Shown here in pieces: positions 32,640-44,904 of a DNA stretch of 64,000 nucleotides. This stretch comes from Paramoeba atlantica (lineage: Eukaryota; Protista; Discosea): NCBI GenBank assembly GCA_977017575.1, contig CDRNVI010000054.1:434001-498000 (forward strand). Reading direction: 5' to 3'. The notes below the pieces were generated by a model. The model worked only from the letters and a program-made list of their open reading frames with translations, was not told where the DNA came from and made no database searches. Position 1 is the first letter of the stretch. Every line of letters starts with the position of its first letter. Both the position numbers and the translations under genes were made by a program.

Positions 32640-34310
32640 TGGCTACATGATGGAGTGTTCCTCCCTTCTGCACCACCAAGTTGAAGTTGTTCACCTGGGC
32701 CCCAATGCGGAGGGACGAATTTGCTTGCCCATACAAGAAACCTTTCAGGGGTTGGTGCAGGATATTGGCGCAGCCTTAGGTATCCCAAGTAACTGCGTAA
32801 GCATATCCAGCGGGTCGGGGGGTAGATTTCTGGAATCCGACTCTGATCTCGAAGCGGCGGATTGCTATTGGGCCTCTTTGTCGGTTCCCCACGTAGGCTC
32901 ATCGTAAGGAGCACACTTTATGGTATATGACGGCAGTCGCAACGGGGCCTGCATACAAAAACAGGGCACGATGGAAGAAAACAGCATTCCCTTCGTTATT
33001 CGCTGAGAATATCACAAGAACTTGCCTCCTGTGGGCGCCCTTCGTTGCTGAGGACCACACGGTGTACTGGTCCTTCCTCCCAACTGAAGAACTGATTGCC
33101 GACTCGGGCTGGGCGGAACTGGTCCACTGCAACTACATCGACCAAGGACGGAGAGACGGCCCTTCACACAGGACACCTTCAGAGTTTGACCCCGCACACA
33201 CAGAGCGCACAAACCGCGGAGCGGGGATTAGCCCCCTCGCCCGAACACCTCGCGGAGCTCCTGGGGAGGGGGTCACTGCGCCAATTATACGCCGTACAAT
33301 GCCCCGCTTGGAGGGAGCACGTGGTAAACATTTGTCAGGACTTCCTCATGTCAACCGAAAGTTAAATAGAGACAACCTGGAATCTTCTCCTAGCAGTAAA
33401 ACGTTTTCTCTTCTTCCCGGAGGAAAAACTATCTCAAAGGCAGTTGGTTCATGAACTACGCATGCGAGCCTACCTTGAGGGCTCGGATACCACGGCACCG
33501 ACTCCCAGCCAAGCCAATAATCCTCCCATGTCGGCTCTAAAGAGAGCGACGGTGTTGATAAAGGCGAAAGCCTTCTCGAGGGCCGCTACAATCCACGGCA
33601 CCGACTTCCAGCCAAGCCAATAATTCCCCCATGTCTGCTCTAAAGAGAGCGACGGAGTTGATAAAGGCGAAAGCCTTCTTGAGGACCGCTACAATCCTCG
33701 AGTCCCCCCTCCAGCCCCCGACAAACCCAACGGCAGCCCTGGAACTGGCAAAGAGACTACACCCTTCCGGGGGCCCTTAAACTACGGGCAAGTATCACTT
33801 CGACAAGGACTGGCACGGTCCCTTACCCTCCCCGGCTGACGTCGCCAGGAAGGCCCAGTGCCTGGCACCACTTCGAGCCCCAGGCCCCGCGGGGTGGACC
33901 AAGGAACTTTTGCTCCCAGCTCTCATGGAGGATGGTCCCCGTGACTGTGTCACGTGGATCATTCACGGGATCACAACAAACTCCCTCCCTCCCTCAAAGA
34001 GAGACCTACTAACGGAGGCGTCCCTCACGCTCTTTAGTAAACCGGCTCCCCGGCTGGACACTACTCATCCTGTCGGCCAATCGCCATGGGAGAATGTATT
34101 CTGCAGATGGCAGGACTCCTCGCGCTCGAAAAGGTGGGGAAACATCTGTCCACTTTCTTCCAAGGGCTCCAATTCAGCGCCCAATACGCCCAAGGATGCG
34201 AACACATCATTGACGGTGTTCACCAACACTTCCGGGATAGGCCGCAGGAGGTCATTGTGGCGGCTGACCTCGAGAACGCTTTCAATAGCTTCTCGAGGTC
34301 AGCGATCTGA
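32640..34310 (+). mobile_element. CRE-clade retrotransposon 5'/RT fragment, degraded, with an internal 103-bp duplication
   Basis: ALKRATELIKAKAF.RTATILES..LAKRLHP, APGPAGWTKELL, LFSKP, QF..GCEHII and AADLENAFNSFSRSAI. Confidence 0.8.
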
Positions 34311-35582
34311 AACGTATTCCCCAAACTTCCAAAGAGTTGTTGTTTATGAATTCAGGTTGGTCACCTGGCACTTTTTCAAGGGAGTTTCCAGCCACCTTTT
34401 CAGGCGTAGCCAGTTGGTCACTTATTCAGGATAAGATAAGATATCCGGTTTCATCGACTAGGGCTGTGGGATGGTAGCTGGTATATCCAGGTATATCCTG
34501 TACGGAGAAAACTCTACGTCGGTCTGAGTTTCTTTTTAAGTGGGGCTGAGCAACCTCAGAAAAGTGCGGGCACCATAATCTCACCACCGAGAACTCTTCA
34601 AGGGACGTAAAGTGAGGACACATTATGGAACTCAATGTTAGAATAAGAATTTCTGCCGTTTTATCTCATTAAATGCTTTGCATTTGGGATCGTGCATGGG
34701 ATTCTGTAAAATTGTATGATCTTGCGATAGTGTGTAAAGAATCTTACCCTGCATAGGTATTACCTCGTTGATCAGGTGATACAGTGACGTTTCCGGGAAG
34801 AATAAGTGGAGCTCGTGGCTAACATTTTCTAGGAATATTCGGAGGGGTGGATCTAGGAGCAGTAGCATACTACTACGTTGAGAACGCATAGAGAAACATA
34901 GGAATCAAGAAATACTGTGGGCACTGTTTTGGGGTACGTCTCTACTTCGTTGAATATTCAACGAACGGGATTTTAATTTTTTTTCGGGCGAGCGTTCGAT
35001 TTTTTTAACATTTTAAATTGTCTCAACGGAGCAACAAAGGTAGCGCGTGGTACTAGAAACTCTTTTTCGGCAAGTCGATCTCATGTAGATTTCTGTTGTT
35101 GTTGTTTAACCCGTTTGGAGATTCCTGTGAATGAATGTGAAACGCATGGATGAAACATGGTATTAGATATGTCGTATACATGTATTATTAGAAAATATAG
35201 GTGCAAGATTTTTTGAGAAAAACAAAGTTTTATTATTTAAGGGATAACACTTGTTTTGGTAACTTGCATTCATAAAATTATTTGAAAATATATATATAAT
35301 ATAGCGCGCGTAGAATAATACATACCTGGTCTATACCTGGAGAAGATGTACCCCAAGGCTTTACACGATACCGAGTAAAACCACAGAAAAACTCAGTTGC
35401 TGTGGACGTAGCTCGGAAAGGTGGGGGTCGCTAAGCCCCAACATTGTGAGATCACGAAAGTATATATCTAGCAATGTCCCTGACCTATAATGTGCAAAAC
35501 ACTATGCACAAACGGATCTATATAAACATGTATAAAAATAGTTAATGAAAAAGAATAGACCAGGTATGACACGCAATTTTTT

Positions 35583-36762
35583 TTACTCTTCCTCACTGGA
35601 AAGAGTTTCTTGGCTAGCTTCAGAAAAGCTGCAGAAACTATCGCTGAGATCATTCATGATTTCAATATTCTCGCATCTGTAGAAATCGCGGATGCACTCA
35701 AGTATATTAATAAAACGCACCTTCCATGCTTCTTTGCGCTCTGTTTTCCCATACCCGTACTTTACGCATTGCAAGTCCGCATTGCGGCGCAGATCCATTG
35801 AAGACATACCATAATTGTAGTGTTGTTGCTTTATCCAATGTTTGATTATCCGGTGCGCAGCCTCCGCATGGTTTGTATGGTGCCCATTTAGAGTCACGAA
35901 TTTTTACTGTGATTTACAGTAAAATGGCGGCAGTACTCCCCCAAGTTAACTACCCCCGCCACTCGTCAGTCACCACGAACGTGCACTCGTGAAATGGGGA
36001 GTGTTAAAACTGAGAAGCTTATTCTGGTCCCTTCGCTTGACCAGCTTCCAGTGCGTTCTCCCCATTTTCCGGTCATAAATCTCCGTGACGGTGACAAACG
36101 ACCACCCAACGTTTCTATATTCCGCGGTGATACTTTCTTTTCCCAATGAAAGTTTCATCGACTTGCAACTTCGAAAAATAAAAGTCGACATTCTCCTGGC
36201 GAAAATAAGCGGCGCTCGAAACCATGTGCAAGAGATTAGTTACTGCCCTCTGACGCACTCCACGGTTACGGGCGATTTGGCCAGTCGTCAAATTATTTGC
36301 TATGTCCGCCCAGATTAGAAGAAGAGTAGTAACAGTGACGCTAGTTCGGCTGCTCAAGTAAGGTGCGTACCGAAAAACCCTTGACCTACGCGCATTGGTG
36401 TCCCCCTCCCCCCGATGAGCACTCAAAAAATTGAAGGCTCCCCTTGATCCCCACCATGAACTCCCTCCGTGACGTTTACATTGCGGTTCCGACAAGAGTC
36501 CATGATTCTTTATCCACACCTCGGCCGCTTCCCCCTGAGGAATGTATCGCATGTTGCGCCATACCCGAACGAACGCGAAGCCCTCGCACCCCCGACACAC
36601 TCTGTGTCCTTCGAAGGGAGGAATTGTACCCTCAGTCCAAGAAGGGTCACCTTCACGATTTTCAACGCTACTATTGCTGTGAGAAACTTGTGTTTCCAAG
36701 AAAGCCATGAAGCGGCGCAAAAATGCTTCCGAAGTATTGCCAGTATCACTGTTGTTGTTCAT
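35583..36762 (-). mobile_element. Merlin (IS1595/IS1016-like) transposase pseudogene
   Basis: HGLL..PQC, QVDETFIGKRKYHRG, VKRRD..LLSF, VVTDEWRG and HFTVNHSK..HTNHAE, with frameshifts and stops. Confidence 0.88.
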
Positions 36763-36954
36763 TCAAAGTAGGATCCGCAAAAGAAAAATGTCGTGTTTTC
36801 TACACATCAATATTAAAGAATAGTCCAGAATCCTGAGGAAACCAACCAACCAACCAGAATCCTGCGGAAGTGGCAGACATAGGTTCTCAGTGCGCGACCC
36901 GCGCGCTGGAGCGCGCGGATCGCCAAAAAATACAATTATATCCCAGGGCTACGC

Positions 36955-37058
36955 TCACAGTTGGGCCTTGCTCGCAGACGGGGGCTTTTGCCTCCAGAAG
37001 TGGGCTTCGCTCACAGTTGGGCCTTGCTTGCGGACAGGGGCTTTTGCCTCCAGAAGTG
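36955..37058. repeat. About 47-bp direct repeat upstream of the Merlin ORF
   Basis: TCACAGTTGGGCCTTGCT.GC.GAC.GGGGCTTTTGCCTCCAGAAGTG occurs twice. Confidence 0.8.
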
Positions 37059-37837
37059 CGCCCCCCCCCCCTAGCGCGTCCCCCTAGGGCGCCCCCCCTA
37101 CCGGTAGGGTGTGTGTGACGGAAAAGCACTATAAACAGTAGAGGACACTTTGAGTTCTAGTATACAACTTCTAAATTTGTATTTTTGCTCCATTTTACTG
37201 CTTTTTTCCAAGGTTCGTATTTTCCAAAAATCTTGTTTTGGCTGATTTTCGAGTCACCATATGAGCACCAGGGGGTGCCTATGAAAAAAAGGTGAAAAAA
37301 ACGGATAAAAAACTCAAATTTCCGCGGGGGGAATTTCAATTGAAACCACTGTATATATTGTACGTGTAGCTAGTTTTTGTACCGGGAGGTAGATTGTCCA
37401 GCGCGGTGGTTTCTTCTTCATCTTTTTTTTGGCTGTAGTCTAAACCTGTACCTATTCCTAGTTGCATAGAAGACTCTTATTGGATCACTTTTCAGTACCA
37501 CTCCAGGAAATTTATCTCATTCTTAGAAAAATCGATGGTATACCTTCGTGGAGTAAGAAGTGTGCCGCCGCAGCTTGTTTCTTCAAAGAAATCTTCCCTA
37601 GTTCTTCCTACAACGAAGCGACACACTCTCCGTACCCAACGAAGATCTGGAGGTCTACCCAATAGTGATGGTTCACCGTTCACCTACACCATATATTCAA
37701 AGTGTTACGACTGTTTAGTGCGGCGCTCTATAATAAGGCAGCGATACTTGTTCTCATCAAGTTCTCCTGTGCTCCGCGGGTATCGTATTTATCTTTCGTA
37801 TTTACGACCCGGGGCGCAATTTGCTCCCTTTCTACAG

Positions 37838-40333
37838 ATGGCAGCCCTAACCAAGGGATCTGGACGCAAAGCGATTTCTCCGAAATTGTTTGCCCACTTT
37901 GAAGAACAGCTCCGTTCATACGTCCCCGGTTGGGAAAAATCAAGCTCTCAATCGAGCAACCTTTTATGCGCTTCCTATAAGTTCTTGCCTACTATGTCCC
38001 AGCCCACACTGTCGGTGGTGTCTGCTTTCTTCCTTGGAGAGCCTCGCACCCGAACCAAACTGCGACTCGATTTTTATGGCGGGCTTGCAATCGAAATTTT
38101 GAACCCCGAGCATGTATTAAACAAAATAAAACAACAGGAAGAGAACACAAGAACCCATTTCTCCGCCCACAAACCGGGTCTCTCCCCTGCTTGGACTTTA
38201 CCGGGTATAACCCCCCACCGTCCCAAATCAGGGCCCTCTTTTACTACCAAAGTTTCACCCCACCGGAGACAACGACACAGAAAAAAGTACCCCACACCCT
38301 CCAACGGGTCCTACTCCCCAACAGGTGCTTCTTTGACCCAACAGCCCACAGGTTGTTCTACCCTCCAACAACCCCACATCATTGAACCCACCTTTCGTGG
38401 AGTGTCCAGGGGGATTGCAGATCACCCCACCCCCTTCCCACCCTCTCCCTCAGCAACAAGTTGTTCCACAACCCCACCACACAATGTGGGTCTAACAACC
38501 GACCCCACCAACCCCTTCTCCCCCTCTCCCCCCACAAGAAGCGGACCAACAACACGTGTCTCAGCCCAAACACCCAACGCTCCACTCCATCCCCCAACGA
38601 ATCTCTCACTCTCCCCAAGTGAGACACGTCCAAGTGCGGCACGTTCAGGTGGAACGAGTCCGAGTGGAATAAGCTCAAGTGGAACAAGTCCGAGTGGAAC
38701 ACATCCAAGTGGGACAACGACAACACGTTCTTCTTCCTCTTCTCCCTCTATAGCTCCACAAGATGGAGAGCTTCCCTCTCACGCCCCACAGGGTGCAGAG
38801 CTTCCCTCTCACGCTCCACAGGGTGCAGAGCTTCCCTCTCACGCCCCACAGGGTGCAGAGCTTCCCTCTATAGCTCCACAACGTGGGGAGCTTCCCTCTC
38901 AAGCTCTACGGGGTGCAGAGCGTCCCTCTATAGCTCTACAGAGTGCAGAGCTTCCCTCTGTAGCTCTACGGGGTGCAGGCCCCCCCCCTGACCCCTCCCC
39001 CCCCGCGCTCTCCCCCACCGACCTCGACCCCACCTTCCCGGCCCCCGCCCGCGGCCTCTCCGTTCTCCTCCCCCACGCCCCCGCCGGTCTCGCGCTCTCC
39101 CCGCTGTTCCGGTTCCCCGCGGGGGGGCCGGACACGGTGGAGCAGGTGGAGACGGGGGTGCTGGGGACCGGGGTGGTCCTGCGGGGGATCTACATGTGGG
39201 AGACACGCAGGGGGGTAATGGGGGTAGACGATAAAGAAAAAGAGAAGGGAGAAAAGGAGAAGGAAGAAAAGGAGAGGGAAGAAAAAGGGGAAAGCACGAC
39301 CAGAAACTACCCCAGGGAGGGCGAGAATCGAAAAAGGGGGACCACGGGGTTGGAGGCTTGGGGAGAGCCGGGGGGGGCGGATTCCGCGACGGGGAGGGCT
39401 GAAAAAGGCGGGGAAGAGGGAAAGGTGGAGCTTACGATGGTGCTGACACGAAAACTTGAGGTACAGCGTCCCATGTTGTGGGGCTCACATCAGCCCTCCT
39501 TTCGGGAGGTGTTGGAGGGATTCTGTGATCTTGCGAAACGCTCACAGCTCGGTGGGGAAGCGGGGCCTTCTCGGAAAGGTGCAGCGCCCACGCTCGGGGT
39601 CGAGGAGATGAGGCGCTGTCGCGGAAAGAAGCCGTATTGGCGGCAAATGCCGCGAAAGGCATCTACTGAGGTGGGAAGGGCAGAAAACCATAAGACGTGT
39701 TGTGGAACGGATATCCACAAGGAGGAAATGGGTTCGTGCACAAAGGATGAGGTGTTGAAAACGCGTTCGGTGGATTCTCACGCCTGTGAGGAAGATTGTA
39801 AGGATCATTGTTTCAGTGATACTTCGTCGGAAGTACCGGATATTGCATCCGTAGAATCTTCTCTTTCTGGATCGTTAGATCCCGAAATATCTGGTTCCAC
39901 TTTGTATTCGGCGCAGGGAAGGACGACTATCAAGCCCGTATCTTCTCTTCCCGATCGATTTAAAAGAAAGTCTACTACTAACCTGGACGAACCGAACGTA
40001 GATAACTCATCATCCACGGAACTACGAGAACAGGGAAGTACACCGGTTTGCGCCACCCCCATCGAGTGTTTTAATCATTTCACTGATCCCAGAAGGCGTA
40101 TAAGTACTGGAGGAACAATAGCGTCTGGTCCATATGGAAAAAAGGAATTAGCACACTACGCTGCAAGCGCGTCTCGATGTTTCCGATTTTACAACGCCTA
40201 TATGGAGTGCAGAGTCCGGACGGGCGAAAAACCGCCTGAGACGGAACTTAGTACGACGAGGTTTGTTCAAAACTCGATTCGCCAAACTCTTCCTTCGACT
40301 CTAGAGTATATGAGAAGAATACTGAATTTGTGA
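37838..40333 (+). CDS. Orphan protein with a low-complexity, repeat-rich centre (frame open from 37535)
   Basis: Long intact ORF. ATG 37838 directly follows a pyrimidine tract ending in AG. No recognisable domain. Confidence 0.65.
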   Translation: MAALTKGSGRKAISPKLFAHFEEQLRSYVPGWEKSSSQSSNLLCASYKFLPTMSQPTLSVVSAFFLGEPRTRTKLRLDFYGGLAIEILNPEHVLNKIKQQEENTRTHFSAHKPGLSPAWTLPGITPHRPKSGPSFTTKVSPHRRQRHRKKYPTPSNGSYSPTGASLTQQPTGCSTLQQPHIIEPTFRGVSRGIADHPTPFPPSPSATSCSTTPPHNVGLTTDPTNPFSPSPPTRSGPTTRVSAQTPNAPLHPPTNLSLSPSETRPSAARSGGTSPSGISSSGTSPSGTHPSGTTTTRSSSSSPSIAPQDGELPSHAPQGAELPSHAPQGAELPSHAPQGAELPSIAPQRGELPSQALRGAERPSIALQSAELPSVALRGAGPPPDPSPPALSPTDLDPTFPAPARGLSVLLPHAPAGLALSPLFRFPAGGPDTVEQVETGVLGTGVVLRGIYMWETRRGVMGVDDKEKEKGEKEKEEKEREEKGESTTRNYPREGENRKRGTTGLEAWGEPGGADSATGRAEKGGEEGKVELTMVLTRKLEVQRPMLWGSHQPSFREVLEGFCDLAKRSQLGGEAGPSRKGAAPTLGVEEMRRCRGKKPYWRQMPRKASTEVGRAENHKTCCGTDIHKEEMGSCTKDEVLKTRSVDSHACEEDCKDHCFSDTSSEVPDIASVESSLSGSLDPEISGSTLYSAQGRTTIKPVSSLPDRFKRKSTTNLDEPNVDNSSSTELREQGSTPVCATPIECFNHFTDPRRRISTGGTIASGPYGKKELAHYAASASRCFRFYNAYMECRVRTGEKPPETELSTTRFVQNSIRQTLPSTLEYMRRILNL
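38748..38978 (+). repeat. Coding tandem repeat, 30-bp unit (APQGAELPSH), about 7 copies
   Basis: GGGTGCAGAGCTTCCCTCTCACGCTCCACA units. A 15-bp SGTSP-like repeat lies just upstream. Confidence 0.9.
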
Positions 40334-40892
40334 GTTCAGTCGTGGAGAATGCTGTGTCCACAACGTAGCACACTTTCCTGTTCAGTTTCCTATCAATTCT
40401 TTCGTGAAGGAAATGATTCATAAATGTGCTATGAGCGAACTCATAGGATATTTGAAAGTTAAAAATATGTTCTCCAAGGATGAGCTAAGTGTGGGAATAT
40501 TTTCGAGCGATCTGTGTCATCTCGAAGCCTGATGGTTTCCTTGAGTCCCCTTAGTCGGTTCGAGAAACAGTTCAATGAATTGTTGTAATGGAATGGTATT
40601 CTTGACAACAGCACACAATGAATTACTACTCATTACTACGGTTCAGTTTGCAGATGGATATCCACTCAAATGGTTTCAACGCATCTGCGTTCTGCTGAAA
40701 AACACTGTTCATGATTTTTGACAACGTTTTTTTCCTATTTACCTTTCTAATTATCTTTGTAAGCTCTCCATCAGAGTGAGGAGATTGAATGCATCATGAC
40801 GACTTGAAATGCGTATTCGCGTTACAAATAGTCTACATGTATTTTATTGCCTCCATCCATAGATTCACTATTACATGTTTTTCTAAACATTA

Positions 40893-41828
40893 ATGGATAT
40901 CCGTCGATTCCCTTCGATAATTTTTTTGTCACTCTCGCACGACCCCTCCGACGTTCCGGGAAACAGATGTGAGTCTAGGAGTGCGGCGAATCCAAACCCA
41001 TCCGCGTCGAGTCAGACACACAGACACTCTTTGGTACGTTCGGGAAAGGTGAGCCAGGCTACCCTACCGGAAGAATACAAATTGGCCCAACTGGTGCGAG
41101 ATTTGGAGATGATTCGCAGAGACTTCGTCTGGGTCCCACAGACCACGTACCACCCTGTACTGTTGAAGCAGAGTTACGTTGAATCTGGATTGCCCGAGTC
41201 TTGGAGTACCAGCACCCCAGCGTGCGAATGGTTTGGTGTAAAGTGCAACGACAACAGTCAGATAGTAGAAATATGTTGGGATGGTGATGAAAACCAGATT
41301 TTACGCGGTATCATATATTTTCAACATCTTCCGCAGACATTGCTCAGATTCAGCGGAGAAAGGCACGCCATGAGAGGTCTTGTTTCATTACGTGAACTCC
41401 CACTGAATTTAGAAGTGTTTGACCTGACCATAAACAATTTTCAGGGTGAATTAGATTTGAGTTCCCTTCCTCAAAGCATGAAAGCACTAATATTAGGCCA
41501 AAACGCGTTCAGGGGTGAAATTTGCCTCACAAATCTTCCGTCACATCTGGAGAAGCTTGATCTTCGATGCAACGATTTATCTGGATGTCCCGACTTAACT
41601 GCTTTGCCAGCGAGTTTGCAGATCCTTAATCTTGGAATCAACAAATTTTCTGGGATTGTTGACTTGACCCACATGCCCCGCTGTATAGAGCAACTTTATT
41701 TAGGTCATAACCAGGATTTACTTTGTCGCATGCCCGCCAGCACTCCAGGTAGACCGGCTGGCGAAATATGCAAGCCTGAACGCTGGAATGCTGTTTCGGA
41801 GGAGAATACGATAAATTGGTCTCAATAA
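40893..41828 (+). CDS. LRR family copy 7 (insertion within the cap region)
   Basis: SGKVSQATLPEE leader, PACEWFGVKC cap and 23-aa repeats. Confidence 0.85.
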   Translation: MDIRRFPSIIFLSLSHDPSDVPGNRCESRSAANPNPSASSQTHRHSLVRSGKVSQATLPEEYKLAQLVRDLEMIRRDFVWVPQTTYHPVLLKQSYVESGLPESWSTSTPACEWFGVKCNDNSQIVEICWDGDENQILRGIIYFQHLPQTLLRFSGERHAMRGLVSLRELPLNLEVFDLTINNFQGELDLSSLPQSMKALILGQNAFRGEICLTNLPSHLEKLDLRCNDLSGCPDLTALPASLQILNLGINKFSGIVDLTHMPRCIEQLYLGHNQDLLCRMPASTPGRPAGEICKPERWNAVSEENTINWSQ

Positions 41829-43386
41829 TTTTCGGAAACTATTTTTTTTGCTTTTTTTCTCATCACCTAAATTACCTACTACGTCTTTTTCTCAGTACTA
41901 ACTTCGTTTTGCTAAATAGATTGACCTACATGTAGATCTCTATGATAAAACATTTTGCTCCGTCTGCAGAGTATGGTCGTAATAATACTCTTTATTTTTT
42001 GGGGGGGGGGATTCAAAGTTTCTAATTTTGCTCTTTAGTTCAAGTTTTCGAGTTGTATGCTCTTTGGTTCTTGCCCGCATCACATGTTCTTGCGATTCAA
42101 TTTTACAAATTTTGTTCTTTCCTTCCAGTTTTCGAGTTGTATGCCTTTTGATTCTTGCCCGCATCACTTTTTTCTTGGGATTAAAATTTACAAGTTTAGC
42201 GACACCAATATAAATTTATTTTTTGTACTCATTTAATCACCCCTCTACCTTTATTATTGGAAACTGATATGGGGATTACGCATCCCGCTCTGTGCACTTG
42301 CACATGACAATCGAGCTCTCTGCACCTGGGACCCGAGCTCTCTGCATCCACATACCTCCGATGAGGACGAAACCTCACATGATCCACCCGTGGTATGCGG
42401 GGAAGGTCATAGTGAAGCAAATCTTCCATAAGTGCACGATCAAAGATTGTCCGAATACTAGGAATTACGTTGTCGAACGAGATTCGGAGAAAGGGACTCT
42501 GGAAACTTTGGTTTGCACCATCGGTTCATGATCTAACACAGTTGTCGCGGTGCCTAATAATTGTAGGCTTGTCCTACAATAACGGGTCAGATTGAACGAA
42601 GTTTGCACACTTTGTAATAAAAATTCTAAAAGTGACCAAATATCAACAAATTCCAAAGAAAATCAAAATGATGCAGACAAGACGATTTCCGCACAAAACA
42701 ATGCAACATCCAACAAAACTCGTACCAGCGGGCTTAACCTCACTTAACCTCAATAAACGGAAGACGTGTGACACAGTTCATTTCAAGACACTCACAACAA
42801 AACCCACCATCAAAGTGATTGACCATGATTTTATCCGTACCTGAGAACGTAAAAAGGTCAAAGATACTAGCAAAATTTCTAAACTATATGTTTTGCAAGC
42901 AACAGAAGCAAAAAATAATAATAATAAAGATCATTTTTATTTTTTTTGAAAAAGTGTGCAAACTTCGTTCAATTCCACCGAATAACGTTGTGGAACAATG
43001 GACGGAGAAAGCGAGGTAGAAAGGTCCTTTGGTGTTCACAAAATGGGGTTCATATTTACAAAAAAACGCACTGGCGCATTTTTAAAACTCTTTATAGTAG
43101 AAGTTCTACGAAATGCGATTCGTTCTAATAACGAATTTTGGGGTGGGACGAAAATTAGGTTCGCTCACATGTTCTAAAAATCTAATAAATTTACACAGAA
43201 CAATTTGAAATTTCTTGAATTTCGAATCATAGTATGAAATGAAAGTTTACTAATCACGCTAACCGCACCCGGTTCGGCCTCCACGGATTTCTGGGTTCTG
43301 ATCTCCAAGTTATAATTTCATATAATTCTATTTCAGTCCAATACCTCCCCTAGTAACAAAATAGCATTCCCTTACTCTTTCCCTCT

Positions 43387-44904
43387 ATGTCAACCCCTTC
43401 ACTCTCCTGTCAATCCTGGGGTGAGATCTCACTGGGCGACCACGCGGTGCGGTTGAACGCGCACGACCAACACGCCTTACTCCAAATCCCCTTCTCCCGG
43501 GTTCTCTCCTGCACGCAAAGCAAAACCGACGTCACCTTCCAACTCGGATCCGCAACCTCCGAATCCGCCACTTCCCCCGAATCCCCCACCCCTTCCGACG
43601 CACCCCGTTTCGAGGCCCAACCCCACGAAATTCGCCTCTCTATCCCCCCAAAACCCTTAGGACTCGATCCCGACGACAAGGATGGGGCCAAAACCCTCAC
43701 CCAGCTCGTTCAAGGACATTTACTTACCCACACGCTTCCCCTTCCCCCTCCCGACACGGTAGAAGGCTCCAATGTCGCCCCCGACGACCCCTCCCCCCTC
43801 CCCCCCGTTCTCGCGACCCTCCCCGATCTCACCTGCGCGGCCCCCAGCGCTGTGTTCTCCATGACGCTAACCCCTACGCTTCTCCAGCTCCGGGAGTCCA
43901 AAAAGAACCAAACCTACGGGATCCCGATCCACACCCTCCAGTGTATGTTTCTCCTCCCCCACCCCCTCGGGGGGCGCAAGTACTTTATACTGGCGCTCTC
44001 CTCCCCGATTCGCATCGGGGCCTCCGCACACAAACTGCTGGTGTTTGTGTTTGATGAGGAGGAGGTGTGTGGGGAGGGGGAGGGGGAGGGGGGGGAGGCC
44101 CAGGGCTCACAACCCAAGACCTCCACAACCGCACAAACAGTGAATTTGACCCCCTCACAAATTCAACAACACTTTCCCGCCTCCTCCGGGATGTTGGCCC
44201 CCGTGATGAGCGGGCCACGGAATGAGGTGGTGGCGAAACTGCTCAAAGGGCTGACCCAAAAAAAGATTTTGGGACAAAGTTTGTTTCGCCCGAGGGCAGC
44301 GGGGGGGAATGCAAGTCACTGTCCCGCGGTCCGGGCCGTACATAAGGGCCAGACCGGGTTTGTCTACTTGTTGGACAAATCGCTGCTGTTTTTGCATCGC
44401 CCCGCGGTGTATGTGCGGTATGAGGAAATCAAGGAGGGGAAGGTGGAGGGGTTGGGCGGGGGGGCGTTGAATCGAACTTTTTCGGTGACGCTGGTCACGA
44501 ACCGGGGTGAAAAATTGATGTTTGGGGCCATCGATAAGGCTGAGGGTTCTGGGGTGATGGCGTGGATGAAAGCAAGGGGCGTGGGGTTGATCACCGATGA
44601 GGAAGGGGAGGAGGAAACCGACAGTGAGGAGGAGGAGGAAACCGAGGACAGTGATGTAAGCTCCGGGGATTTTGCAAACTCCAGTGAGTCGGAGAGTGAG
44701 GGGAGTGAGGGTTCTTCAGACTCGGAGAGTGAGGCAGAGCGCAAAGAGCGGAAGAGGAAGCGCAAGGAGATATCGAAAAAGGAGAAGAGTGACAGAAAGA
44801 ATCATAAAAAGGAGAAGCGAAAACACAAGGACAAGAAGCACAGGAAAGACAAGCACAGGGACAAAGACAAGCATAAGAAGAAACATCGGAAGCACAAGGA
44901 GTAG
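43387..44904 (+). CDS. SSRP1: FACT complex subunit SSRP1/Pob3 (divergent)
   Basis: HKGQTGFVYLLDKSLLFLHRPAVYVRYEEI..RTFSV..FGAIDKAE fits the Pob3/Rtt106 PH domain, followed by acidic and basic tails. Confidence 0.8.
   Translation: MSTPSLSCQSWGEISLGDHAVRLNAHDQHALLQIPFSRVLSCTQSKTDVTFQLGSATSESATSPESPTPSDAPRFEAQPHEIRLSIPPKPLGLDPDDKDGAKTLTQLVQGHLLTHTLPLPPPDTVEGSNVAPDDPSPLPPVLATLPDLTCAAPSAVFSMTLTPTLLQLRESKKNQTYGIPIHTLQCMFLLPHPLGGRKYFILALSSPIRIGASAHKLLVFVFDEEEVCGEGEGEGGEAQGSQPKTSTTAQTVNLTPSQIQQHFPASSGMLAPVMSGPRNEVVAKLLKGLTQKKILGQSLFRPRAAGGNASHCPAVRAVHKGQTGFVYLLDKSLLFLHRPAVYVRYEEIKEGKVEGLGGGALNRTFSVTLVTNRGEKLMFGAIDKAEGSGVMAWMKARGVGLITDEEGEEETDSEEEEETEDSDVSSGDFANSSESESEGSEGSSDSESEAERKERKRKRKEISKKEKSDRKNHKKEKRKHKDKKHRKDKHRDKDKHKKKHRKHKE

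Noticed and set aside
34426-34635. ALVDETG as a pogo motif
   Set aside because: It is an isolated short motif with no other DDE_1 features or termini.
42229-42850. Short Cys/His-containing ORFs
   Set aside because: They are interrupted by stops, with no recognisable domain or second copy.
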